DNA of 64,000 nt from Bacillota bacterium (GTDB lineage: Bacteria > Bacillota > Sulfobacillia > DUSP01 > JBFMCS01), in assembly GCA_040754315.1 (NCBI GenBank), contig JBFMCS010000051.1, positions 74,840-138,839 on the forward strand, read 5' to 3'. Positions 1 to 10,058 of the stretch are shown piece by piece (position 1 is the first letter of the stretch; each line of letters starts with the position of its first letter). Made by a program: the position numbers and the translations under genes. The notes beneath the pieces are model-generated. The model saw only the letters and a program-made list of their open reading frames with translations, did no database searches and was not told where the DNA came from.

Positions 1-819
1 GAAGAAGTACTGGTGTAGCATGGCCGAGAATAACCTGGCGCATCCATGTTAAAGGTGGGCGATGAACGAGAGGGCCAATCCAGATTCTGTCTCCGGGGGG
101 CAGTGAAGCCCACGGGTAACAGGGCCTCAGCATGGGGTGCGAAGGCAGCCCCTGCCGTGGGGCGATGGTAGAACAGGGGTACGCCTGTACCTACTCCTGT
201 CGCCTCCAGGTTTCGATCCTCTCAAGGAACCCTTGGACTGCGGTTAGAATGCCAGCCATGGAGTTGGGAACACCGAACGCACCATTACGTCCATTCGCCC
301 TGCCACCCGGGCATTCACGTGCTCCCCAACGCAAGCAACGATTCTTTCGGCAGAAACCCCTCCTGAACACGGCTCCAGTCTTCATCCAGGGGAAGCGGCC
401 GGCTAGCCGTAGTCCGAACCGAAGGCAATCAATAGCACCGGCCTCCTGGGGTCCACAGACGAAGACTCAAGGCGCTGCTCTCGGGAGGCCAGTGCCACAG
501 CCAGGCTGGGTTACACGGTGCGTAGTAGTCCCCAGGGACTCCATAGCCTTCTCGTACTGGCGCACGCTGGTGGCGGCCATGGCCTTCATGGTCCGGACTA
601 TGGATGCCAGGTCCTGACTACTGTCCAGCTGTTTCTGTAGGGTTTCCAGGGTGGTGGACACTAAAGCTATCCCTCTCTTGACAAGTCCAACGCGCTGTGG
701 AGCCCGTCGGGCTGCTGAGCGATGGAACCTAGGGCCTGGGATACCGCCCGGCCCTGCCCCAGGGCTGGGGCGACGGAACCGATATCTATCGTCAAGGGAT
801 GCGAGTGAGCGGGGGCACG

Positions 820-1096
820 GTGCGCATGGCAAGAGAGGAACGATTGTCATACCTTCAGACTTGCGACGGCACTATGGTCTTGAGGAAGTGGCGGGGGCTG
901 AGGCAAAGCCCGAGGGGATTCCTGCTGCGTCCTGCAATAGCATTGCCGTTGGAGGTGTATTCTGCCGAGCGCAAAGCAAAGTTCCTGTTAAACACACGCC
1001 GTAACCCCTGAGGATTATGAATGGGTCGTGGAGCAGGTTCGCCAGCTTGGACTGGATCCTGAGACCATTCCCCATGACAAGGCGGGAGTGCGCTGA
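820..1096 (+). pseudogene. VapB/AbrB-MazE-type antitoxin remnant. A swapped-hairpin N-terminal motif and the C-terminus lie in three different frames
   Basis: Frame 0 encodes GTIVIPSDLRRHYGLEEVAGAE, which resembles the AbrB/MazE/VapB consensus. Frame 2 encodes EDYEWVVEQVRQLGLDPETIPHDKAGVR and ends 2 nt before the PIN gene start. No single frame is continuous. Confidence 0.35.
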
Positions 1097-1097
1097 C

Positions 1098-1500
1098 TTG
1101 CACCGTGTGTTCTTGGATGCGAACGTTCTCTTCTCGGCTACCTACGGAAGCCCTGGCCTTTGGCCTTGAGGTGTTGTGGCGTAAGGCAGAGGAGGGAGAG
1201 TGCACACTCCTGGCTCCAGAATATGTTCTCAAGGAAGCCGGGCGCAATCTGAAGTCCTGGAAGCATCTTCGCCGGCTGCGGGAGATAGACAGTTTTCTGG
1301 AGATGGCGCCTCACCCCGAGCCCGACCTGCCTTGCCCAGCTGACTTGCCCAAAAAGGATCGCCCGGTGTTAACGGGGCGTGGATGGCTAGGACGACGCAC
1401 CTCATTACCGGGGCTCTAAGGCACTTCGGCCAGTACCTGGGGGAGGAGATGGGGGGCATGAAGATAGTGACTCCCCGGTGGATACCTTGGTAAGTAGCCG
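1098..1500 (+). pseudogene. PIN-domain (VapC-like) toxin gene with at least two frameshifts
   Basis: HRVFLDANVLFSATYGSPG is a PIN N-terminal motif. The middle piece (LAPEYVLKEAGRNL ... ADLPKKDRPVL) is in a second frame. The C-terminal piece (HLITGALRHFG ... IVTPRWIPW) is in a third frame. Confidence 0.5.
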
Positions 1501-1529
1501 CAGGCAACTTCGCAGGTTCGATGCTAGAT

Positions 1530-2666
1530 TCACATACCACGGCCCATCTCCCGGGACTGGGACGCCATAAGACGGGGCGGAGCCTTCTGGGTGAAGCTTG
1601 AGAGGTCCAGATCGCCGCTGGCAAAGAGCCTTGAACAAGCGTCCGAGACCTCGGGATCGTAGAGGCTCCCGCGGTTTTGAAGTACTTCATCCAGCGCCCT
1701 TTCGAGGCCGAGCGCTTCCCGGTACGGACGGCGCGATGACATTGCCTCGACAACATCAGCGACCCCCAGGATCCTCGCCTGTATCATAATGTCTCCCCCC
1801 GATCGTGCGTGGGGATAGCCAGAACCGTTCAACCTCTCATGGTGTTGAAGGACAATGTCTGCGACGGGCCAGGGGAACTCGACGTCTTGCAGGATGTCGT
1901 ACCCTGCCTGCACGTGATGCCTTATGACGTTCATCTCGGGGACGCTTATGTGCCCTGGTTTGCTGAGGATCTCTATGGGAACAGCCATCTTGCCTAAATC
2001 GTGAACCAGCCCAGCGACACGAATGCCTTCGAGATGGTCATCTGGGAGGTTCATCTCCCTGGCTATTTCACATGCCAGGTTGCTCACTCGTTGCTGGTGC
2101 CCTGCGGTGTAGGGGTCCCTGCTCTCAACCATTCTTGTGAGAGCCTTGATAACCCCTTCCGTGATTCTCTCCAGTTTAGTGAGACTTTGCCTGAGGGCTT
2201 CCTGTCCATTCTTTCGTTCCGTAATGTCATAGGTCATATGGAGATAGAGGGCCTCACCATCACTATCACGGAGGCTCGTGGGGTAGATCGCCGAGCTTAT
2301 CCAACGGCCGGAGGGTAGATCAAATACCTCACTTTCCACCGTGGTTCCCTTCCGAACCGCCTCCTCCAGGGGGCAACCGGGGTAGGGTCCATCCGCTCCA
2401 TGCACCACCTTGTTGCAGGGCGCGCCGATAATCCCGCCAAGCTCAACCCCCAGCTGAGTACGGACCGCCTCATTGGCCAGCAGGATCCTGTGGTGCTTGT
2501 TGATCAGCATGACATAGAAGGGAAAGGCATCGAGAACCCCGAAAAGGTTGAACTCGCTTCTCTTTGAGGATACTCTTCGTCGAATGGCCACAGCAACCCC
2601 TCCAGTGCCTCTTGAGTCTAGCCTTGATTCCTGACCCTGGCAGGGTGACCTGTCCTTGACAAGCAC
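1530..2666 (-). CDS. PAS-sensor HD-GYP domain cyclic-di-GMP phosphodiesterase
   Basis: An intact 378 aa ORF. It has the HD motif (VHDLGKMAVP) and the HHERLNGSGYP HD-GYP signature. The N-terminal half is PAS-like. Confidence 0.8.
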   Translation of the reverse strand: MLVKDRSPCQGQESRLDSRGTGGVAVAIRRRVSSKRSEFNLFGVLDAFPFYVMLINKHHRILLANEAVRTQLGVELGGIIGAPCNKVVHGADGPYPGCPLEEAVRKGTTVESEVFDLPSGRWISSAIYPTSLRDSDGEALYLHMTYDITERKNGQEALRQSLTKLERITEGVIKALTRMVESRDPYTAGHQQRVSNLACEIAREMNLPDDHLEGIRVAGLVHDLGKMAVPIEILSKPGHISVPEMNVIRHHVQAGYDILQDVEFPWPVADIVLQHHERLNGSGYPHARSGGDIMIQARILGVADVVEAMSSRRPYREALGLERALDEVLQNRGSLYDPEVSDACSRLFASGDLDLSSFTQKAPPRLMASQSREMGRGM

Positions 2667-3380
2667 CCGTCTAGATGCCTTGCAGCGGACCGTGACTGGC
2701 CATGTGTTCCACTATTTAGGTAAAGACCTACGTAATAACCACATCGATCACATTCGTCTTATTTAGTAGAATGCACATTCCGAAATCAGCCATCTGTTCC
2801 CCAGTTTCCGGGCGGGTTGGAGCGAAGCGATGCCTGTCGTTGTGCATAGGGAATCGGTTAACCAGTTAACTGGGGGCATCCATATCACTCAGGTGACCTG
2901 TGGATTCTCATCCAAAGGTGATTGTTTTTTTCATGAAAGTGATCCACGAGCCTGTCGACGTCAAGGGAAAATGTCAGGGAGGCATTTGCGTTGTACCCGA
3001 TAGAGTAGGAATGTGAAGCACAGGGTTAGGAATTTGAGGCACAAGGGGCCGTTGCCGACGGCTTTAGGGAGGAATATGAAGGTGTAGTTAGGCCACGTGG
3101 TGCAGGTGTGTGGTACATCGGGCAAGGCGGGGCAGCCAGAACCATGGGTGCTCATGCCCCAGCGGAGTTGGGGGGTAGCGGGTTTTTCAGGCGGCCACCA
3201 AGCTCCTGATCTTGTCCTTTTGTTTTTCCTTCACCCTGCCAAGCGCCATGGCTAGCATGACGCATAACGCCAGGCCAGGCCGCATCTTACCTTCATCTTT
3301 CCGAGCCCCCGTATGAAGTGGTGCTCGAAGCCAAACTCACGTCAAGACGACTGTTAACCCTCTCTACGGCGGTACGTTTC

Positions 3381-3746
3381 TTATACAGCCCAGCGGTAAC
3401 TGGAGCGGGCCATCGGTGTGAATACCCGGCGGTTCTCCTTTAGGGGTATGCGTATCCCGCCTGAGGTCTTGCAGGCTCCCTGTCCCTTGCACTCGATACC
3501 GTACTGCTGCGCGGGACAGCGATATTTGAGACACTGCCTCTTTTGCTCAAAACCGCCATAGGCCATCTCACGACGCTTGAGCGTAACCGGGCAATAGCAG
3601 TACACGCAGCCCCGGAAGTCATAGACAACGCTGTCGCGTGCTTTCAACAGCCGGCTTTCCTCTCCATCCTTCCACATGTTCCGGATGTCTATAACGGGCC
3701 TGATGTGGTAATCATCCCATAGGCTTTTAGGGGTTTTGTGCGTCAA
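3381..3746 (-). mobile_element. Transposase internal fragment with a Cys-rich zinc-ribbon region (IS5/IS1182-like)
   Basis: A 121 aa ORF carries a YCYCP...C...C...YRCP...C...C cysteine array. The array is reminiscent of IS5/IS1182-type transposases. No DDE domain and no flanking transposase sequence is present. Confidence 0.3.
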
Positions 3747-4038
3747 ACATCACTTTGACAACGAGGGCAGGATCACCTGGTTTTTCCTGGGGTCGATTTT
3801 CAAAAACCCTCCCCTATCCATGACCAAAAATCCCACGTATGCACTCTCCCGTGGGGTAAACCTTTTCTTCCCTCAACTATACTCCGTGCTCAGCCCATCC
3901 GTTTTATACAACGCAAATGGCTCGTAAAACAATCTTTCGGACTGAACGCCACAGACCAGACACAGAGAACCAGATTGGCAACTTCGCCGCTTATGTAAGA
4001 AGACCCACCGCATCTTGGCGGGCCTTACTGGTCTTAAC

Positions 4039-4114
4039 TGGTCGGAGCGGCCGGACTTGAACCGGCGACCTCATGGTCCCGAACCATGCGCGCTACCGTC
4101 TGCGCTACGCCCCG
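4039..4114 (-). tRNA. tRNA-Pro (anticodon CGG), 76 nt with encoded CCA
   Basis: A cloverleaf was folded by hand on the reverse complement. The acceptor is CGGGGCG/CGCTCCG with one G-U pair. The D-arm is GCGC/GCGC. The anticodon stem is CATGG/CCATG with loop TTCGGGA. The T-arm is GCCGG-TTCAAGT-CCGGC. The discriminator is A and CCA follows. Confidence 0.9.
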
Positions 4115-4307
4115 ACCGTATCAGCCTCCATTATACCCTTCAAGGTCGTGAACAGTCAATAAAACCCGTCCAGCGGTCCAGCGAGTAAGAAACTACACCG
4201 CTGCTAAGGCATGACTGTGCGAGCGACTCTCGCTACACTGTCCCAGGTCATGGTGGCACCCAATCCCTCGGCCAACGCCCCAATTGGCATCATGGTCCTA
4301 CCAGGGT

Positions 4308-6240
4308 TTAAGACCGGTTCCCGTCCAGGGTCAAGTTTGTGTTGTTAAGCCTCATGGTCCTTGGCCCTATTATCAGCACTATCTTCGTGCTGTCCTTCGT
4401 GATGATTACCGGGCGCTTGTCGGGATCCCAATCAACCGCGGCCCCCAGGGCCTCGGACGCGAACCTTACTGGCATGAAGGTCCGGTTAATTCTTATATAT
4501 GGCACCATGTCCATGGTATGCCGCACCCCGTCTGCCCATAGGTAGTCACTCCCAATGGTCAGATTGGTGTCCTTAGCCCCGGTAGGGGAAACCCAAATAC
4601 CTGATGACGTCTTGATGACTAAGCCATGGGTGACGGTCCTGTTGGAGCTTGTTGTTCCGAACACGATGCCGAAGGTCTTGGAGCGTCTTCCCACCCGAGG
4701 CCGTCATGCCGCCCGATAATGGCCAGAGGGTCTTCAATGGTAATCGGTCTTGACATGCCCCGACTTGGTCAAGGCTGTAACAGTGAAGGCGGTGCAGACA
4801 CCCGCAGTGGCCGTCGCAGGAGTAACTATCTTGAACCCGCCCAGGGCACCATCCACGGCGGTAGCAGTGAACTCCAGGTGCGAACCACTGTTGCCTTGAC
4901 CCTGTAGATCCCCGTTTCAGAACCCAGGGTCACACTGATGGACGCTTGGCCCTGGGAGGCCGCTGCGCGTGACTTTGAGCTCAATGTGTGGTTCTTGGCC
5001 CCTGTGGGCACAGTGGAGAAGGCGAAGGAGACTTTCTTCCCCGACACCGGTCCCCGTGGGTGTCCGACACCCACACAACCATGCGAGCCAGGAGCTGCTG
5101 CCGGGCGATGCCGCCTCGTTGTTCCCTGAGGTTGGCAGGTTTATCTTGAAGGAGTTCACCTCTCGGGTTGTGGCTGTGGCCGCAAACTGTGACCCCTATG
5201 CATAGTGGTCGTAACTGGAAACAACAGCACTTCCATGGAGTAGTCAATAAGCCCCTTATAGGGTACCGGCTGAACCTGAGCAGCCTGCTGAACGAGGCGA
5301 CGCTTACCCCGACTCCTGGATGTTAGGCGGTTGAAGCGGGGTCACGGCGGTAGCAGTGAAGTCTATAATCCCCGAAAGCCCGCTGGAGACAGCTCTTATG
5401 GTATACATGCCCGGTTTGTTGTCCAGCTTCACCTGGGTCTCGGCTATGCCGTCACTCCCCGAGGTGGCCTGTGTGGCTGTAAGGCTCTGCCCTGTAGCAG
5501 ATGAGGGCACGGAAAGGAATCTGAAGGACACCATCCGGCCGGACACTGGGTTCACCTGGGTATCTAGAAACCTGACGGAAACAGGCAGGGTCAGGGTGGA
5601 GCCCGGTGGAGCCTGCTGGTTGTTCCCGCCGTCCGACTTGATCTTGGTTGCCGCCACCGTGAAGGCGGTCAAAGCCTCTGGGGACCCGGGCTCGGTCCAG
5701 ATCTCGAAGATCTCCCCTCCGGCGGGACTCCTGTCCACAAGGGTAATGCCGGCTACCGTGGCGAACAGCAGCCGGCACCATAACACCGGCGGAGGGGGAA
5801 GGACCGCTACCCCTGGTGCCGTTGACCCGCAATGTGTAGATGCTAGCCGTGCTGGGCGCAGTCTTCAGCACCACGGGTCAGGGTTCAAGGGCTGCCGGTC
5901 TGATGCGTAGATCACCGGTCCCTCCCCGGTGCTCCCAGTGCCGAGGTGGCGGGCTGGCGACGGCTTTATTGCCAAGGAGAAACTGGAGCCGTGAGCGCCC
6001 CCGACTGCACCATGGAACTCACCGTCAATACCGCAGTGTCGCTCACCTGAAGCTGCAGGCCCACACGGGTCCCTGCGGAGGCTCCCGCGCTAATCCTAGC
6101 CTGCCCGGTTAGTATAGGTTACCGTGAGGGTCACTGAGGTGGCAGACGGGACTCGATCACCACCTCCGCAGGATCTGGATTAGAGAGTTCCTGTGCCGAG
6201 GCCACCGGACTCAGAGGAACCGGTAGCAGTAGCACGGTGA
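4308..6240 (-). pseudogene. Fragmented cell-surface protein gene (Cu-amine-oxidase N-terminal-like stalk domain plus bacterial Ig-like domain) spread over at least 3 frames
   Basis: ORF 4308-4694 contains RINRTFMPVRFASEALGAAVDWDPDKRPVIIT, a Cu_amine_oxidN1-like motif. ORF 5304-5786 contains an Ig-like repeat (GQSLTATQATSGSDGIAETQVKLDNKPGMYTIRAV). The pieces are in different frames with gaps between them. Confidence 0.4.
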
Positions 6241-6502
6241 CCAGCAGGGCAAGAAGCCGCCTCGCCTTCATTCTTCTCTTACCTCCCTTGGCCGTTCTCG
6301 TGGCGGCTCACATGGCAAACTGGCCAACCTTGAAGACGCTCTCGGGATTTGGGAAGTTCCGCCTTTTCCCGCTCCTGGTACTTCTCCAGTCCGGGCTTGA
6401 TAATGGAGTGGACTACGGTTCCGGGCAGGTGGAGGACGGGCTGGATGGGGAAAGTCCGCCAGTCCCCCGGCATATTATTCGAACGACGGGAGGGACACTC
6501 TG

Positions 6503-7447
6503 GTGGCAAAGTCTTGGATGGTGTTCTTGGTGCTTCTGATCCTTGTCGTTCCCCCAGTAATCTCCAGCGCTCATTCCACAGCGGCCTGGCTGACTTCTCC
6601 AACCTGTGAGACCAGTAGGGATCTTCTCTTGACCGATCCTCCTCTTCAGGGGCCTGACGTGGAAGAACTTCAAATCAGGCTGGGCCAGCTCGGCTTCTAC
6701 CATGATCAGCCCACGGGTGTCTACGACCTGGCAACAAGCAGGGCTGTGGAAGAGTTCCAGCGCTTCACCGGGCTTGAACCGGATGGAGTTGTGACGCCAG
6801 ACACCTGGGACTACATGGCCCAAGGAGAGGAGGTGGCCGCTGAACCGCCAACACCCCCACCGCCGGGGGAGGTGGAGATTGTGGTAGACGTGAGCAGTCT
6901 CACGCTCTACATCTACTACAGAGGTCAGGTTCACAGCAGGTATCCCGTGGCGGTGGGCAGGCCCGGCAGCATGACCCCAGTGGGGGAGTTTCTCGTGAGG
7001 AACAAGGGTTTCCAGCCCGGCGGGCCCTTCGGTTCGCGCTGGCTCGGCTTGAACATTCCCTGGGGCACCTATGGGATCCATGGGACCAACAACCCAGCTT
7101 CCATAGGCACTATAGCCAGTGGTGGGTGTGTCAGGATGCACAACAAGCATGTGGAGGAGATCTACCCGTGGGTAAAGGTGGGTACTCGCGTGACCATCGT
7201 AGGCAGGGAGATCAGGGCAAGGCTCCGGAGGGACCTCAGGAAAGGTTCCATAGGGTACGACGTCCAGTACGCGCAGCTATGCATGAGGCAGGCGGGTTTC
7301 GATGCTGGGCTCCTGGACGGCCGGTTTGGAGAGGACATGGAGAGGGCGGCGAAGGAGCTCCAGGCCTACTACGGGCTCCCGGTAACAGGAGAGATAGGAG
7401 AAAACGAGCGCTGCGCCTTGGGCGTTAACAGGGGAGGATACCATTGA
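6503..7447 (+). CDS. L,D-transpeptidase (YkuD family) with N- and C-terminal peptidoglycan-binding domains
   Basis: Signal peptide. PG_binding_1-like stretch (LGQLGFYHDQPTGVYDLATSRAVEEFQRFTGLEPDGVV). Catalytic motif HGTNNPASIGTIASGGCVRM. A second PG-binding repeat follows. Confidence 0.85.
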   Translation: MAKSWMVFLVLLILVVPPVISSAHSTAAWLTSPTCETSRDLLLTDPPLQGPDVEELQIRLGQLGFYHDQPTGVYDLATSRAVEEFQRFTGLEPDGVVTPDTWDYMAQGEEVAAEPPTPPPPGEVEIVVDVSSLTLYIYYRGQVHSRYPVAVGRPGSMTPVGEFLVRNKGFQPGGPFGSRWLGLNIPWGTYGIHGTNNPASIGTIASGGCVRMHNKHVEEIYPWVKVGTRVTIVGREIRARLRRDLRKGSIGYDVQYAQLCMRQAGFDAGLLDGRFGEDMERAAKELQAYYGLPVTGEIGENERCALGVNRGGYH

Positions 7448-8820
7448 GGACCCTTTGGAGGCTCCTCCTGTTCGCCGCCGCTATCGCCTCCGGCCTGGCG
7501 GGATTGGGCTACTTCTGCCTGTCCCACCCCCAGTTGTTCAAGCCTGGCCCATACCATCCCATGTCCCTCTACTACGCCCACAGGGGCGTCCAGGTGCATC
7601 CCTACCACTCCATGAAAGATGGCCAGTACCGGCTGGTGGTGTGGGAAACCGGGTGGCCGCTGAGCTGGAGTGAGCACCTGGGGTTTGCGGATTTCGTGGA
7701 GTACATGGTCCTGGGTTTCCAGGAGAGTAACCCCAACGTTGAAGTGGAGTTCCGCCTAATTCGCATTACCGAGCTGGCCCTGGCGCTCCAAGAAGCCAGG
7801 GCCCTGGATACCCTCCCGGATATCTACGCGGGGCCCTTCTTCCCAGCCCTGGCCGAAATGGGGGCGGTGCCCCTGGAACCCTTCATTGACGAGCATGAGC
7901 TCTCCCTCTACGAACAAGCAGCCCTAGAGGCCTGCACCGTGGAAGGGAGCCTGGTGGCCTGGCCCAGGTGGGTGGAGGTTTGGGGCTGGGCTTCTACCCC
8001 CCGGTTTCTGGGGGACCTGGATGCCTCGCTGCTCGCCGAGGAGGGCTGGTCCTGGGAGGAGGCAGAGGACTTCCTGCTAAGCAAGGCTGAGGTAGCTCCC
8101 CAGGCTCTCGTACTTGACAGCGCCGGCACCAAGACCTTCGAACACCTCTTGACGGCCGCCGGCGTGCCCTCCGTGGTGAGTCCCAAGGGGGAACTACTAT
8201 GGCAAGGAGGCCCCGTGCTGGAGGTGGCACGCTTCCTTGAGAGGCTGAAGAGCGAAGGCGTGCTTCCCCGGGACACCAGCAACATGCACAGGAGACTCGT
8301 GGCGGATTTCCTCAAGGGCGAGGTCGCAGTGGCCGGCCCTGCCGGTTCCGGGTTCCTCCGCTTGTGCCGGGAGGTAAACCTTGCGGAGGAACTGGCCATG
8401 CTTCCAGTACCCCACCCGCCCGGCGGGCTTGCCCTGGTGCCAGCGGAGTACAACGCCGCTACGGTCTTCGACAAGGGGGATCCTGGCCGGGCCGCCCTGG
8501 CGGCCCGGCTGGCCCTCCACCTTAGCCGCGGCCCCATGACCTGGCTCACCGCCCGGGTATGCGGGGTTCCCGCCTACCTTCCCGACCGCCAGGCCTGGAG
8601 GGATTCAGTGGGCCTTCCCACCCAGGTGATGGCCTTTTTGGAGAAGGCCTCCCAAAGGGCGGCTCACCCCGCTCCCCTTGACCTGAGACACCAACGGGGC
8701 CAGGCGGTTATACTCTATAGCGTAATCCTTCCGGAAATCCGGGAGTTCTGGCAGGGGAAGATCGACCACAGGGGCTTGGAGGAAAGCATAAGGTACAGGG
8801 TCAAGGGCAAGGAGGAGTGA
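7444..8820 (+). CDS. Secreted protein, extracellular solute-binding-protein-like
   Basis: N-terminal signal/anchor, then loose ABC-type substrate-binding-protein resemblance (YRLVVWETGW ... PDIYAG). The assignment is tentative. Confidence 0.4.
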   Translation: MRTLWRLLLFAAAIASGLAGLGYFCLSHPQLFKPGPYHPMSLYYAHRGVQVHPYHSMKDGQYRLVVWETGWPLSWSEHLGFADFVEYMVLGFQESNPNVEVEFRLIRITELALALQEARALDTLPDIYAGPFFPALAEMGAVPLEPFIDEHELSLYEQAALEACTVEGSLVAWPRWVEVWGWASTPRFLGDLDASLLAEEGWSWEEAEDFLLSKAEVAPQALVLDSAGTKTFEHLLTAAGVPSVVSPKGELLWQGGPVLEVARFLERLKSEGVLPRDTSNMHRRLVADFLKGEVAVAGPAGSGFLRLCREVNLAEELAMLPVPHPPGGLALVPAEYNAATVFDKGDPGRAALAARLALHLSRGPMTWLTARVCGVPAYLPDRQAWRDSVGLPTQVMAFLEKASQRAAHPAPLDLRHQRGQAVILYSVILPEIREFWQGKIDHRGLEESIRYRVKGKEE

Positions 8821-8950
8821 TGTTCCCTCTGGAGAAATGAGGAAGCGACGATGCCCCCAGGCGAGAAGGGCTCAGCCGGTATTATTCTCTCCCTCCAAGG
8901 ACAGGCCTATTGCCGGGGCCGTTTGCCCATTGACCCAAGGAGGTGCGAGC

Positions 8951-9421
8951 GTGAAGATCCTCGTTGTCTATCACACCCTGTCCGGCAACACCGAGAAGGT
9001 GGCGAACACCCTGGCCGACCGCTTATCCAAGAACCACGAGGTGACACTCAAACGGCTGGAGCCCGTGGGCAGGTACAATCACTTCCACGTCTTCCTCGCC
9101 TTGGCGGGCCTAAAGGTGCCCATACGCCCCCTGGACGTGGAGCCGTTGGGTTACGATGCGATATGCCTGGGGTGCCCGGTCTGGGCGGGCTCGCCCACCC
9201 CTGCGGTCAACGCCTTCATCGACGGGCTGGAACTAAAGGGTGTGGTCTACCCCTTCGTCACTTGTGCCGCTCCCACTACGGGGGCTTTGAAGAAGATGAC
9301 CTCCCGCCTTGAGCGCAAGGGACTGAAGGTGGGCGCCTCCGCCTTCGTGTCGTTTCCACCGAAATCCCTGCCCAAGATGGAGGGTATCGAGGGATTGGCT
9401 GGAAGGGTCGCCCAGGAGTGA
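8951..9421 (+). CDS. Flavodoxin-family protein
   Basis: VKILVVYHTLSGNTEKVANTLADRL is a flavodoxin-like FMN-binding signature. The start is a GTG inside the longer ORF. Confidence 0.65.
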   Translation: MKILVVYHTLSGNTEKVANTLADRLSKNHEVTLKRLEPVGRYNHFHVFLALAGLKVPIRPLDVEPLGYDAICLGCPVWAGSPTPAVNAFIDGLELKGVVYPFVTCAAPTTGALKKMTSRLERKGLKVGASAFVSFPPKSLPKMEGIEGLAGRVAQE

Positions 9422-9511
9422 TTGCAGGGATGCTGAGCCTTAGTGACTCACGGGCAGGATTCCCCCCATTTTGCGGAGAATTGGGCAGGAAAAGCAGTGG
9501 GAGGTACGCAC

Positions 9512-10048
9512 ATGGCCGTCATCGATGGCTCGCTCTTCGGCCCGGGTGATATCCTGAGGCTGACCTGGGATGACGTGATGGAGCTCTGCAAGGACCTGGC
9601 CCAGGCCATCCACGAGGAGTTCAATCCCGACCTCATCGTGGGGGTGGCCAAGGGCGGCGTTATACCCGGTGTCATCATCTCCTCTCTCCTCAGGAAGGAC
9701 TTCGTTCCCGTGAGCCTCTCACGGAGGCATCGCGATCGTGTGGTCCACTCGCTGCCTCAGGTTCTGGTGCCCCTGAGCCCGGAGGTTGAGGGTCACTCAC
9801 TCCTTATAGTTGACGAGACGTCCGCTACGGGAGAAACCTTCCAGATGACTTTAAGGGAGGCGCACAGGAAGGGTGCCAGGAAGGTGAAGACTGCCGCCCT
9901 CTATGTTCCCGGGGCCGGGTACATGCCCAACTGGTATGCCCTGCAGACTGACGCCCTGGTGATGAAGCCCTGGGACTTTGAGGTCCTGGAAAACGACAGG
10001 TTTGTCATCCGGAAGGAGTATCTGGCGCAGATGGATCGCCTTGGATAG
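9512..10048 (+). CDS. Phosphoribosyltransferase-family protein
   Basis: Type I PRTase PRPP-binding motif LLIVDETSATGETF. The start was chosen at MAVIDGS. Confidence 0.65.
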   Translation: MAVIDGSLFGPGDILRLTWDDVMELCKDLAQAIHEEFNPDLIVGVAKGGVIPGVIISSLLRKDFVPVSLSRRHRDRVVHSLPQVLVPLSPEVEGHSLLIVDETSATGETFQMTLREAHRKGARKVKTAALYVPGAGYMPNWYALQTDALVMKPWDFEVLENDRFVIRKEYLAQMDRLG

Positions 10049-10058
10049 GGGGAGCATC

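Noticed and set aside
2855-2873. GTTAAC-CA-GTTAAC direct repeat in the AT-richer spacer downstream of the HD-GYP gene
   Set aside because: It is short, and each unit is itself a common 6-bp palindrome. There is no second copy and no positional link to a promoter.
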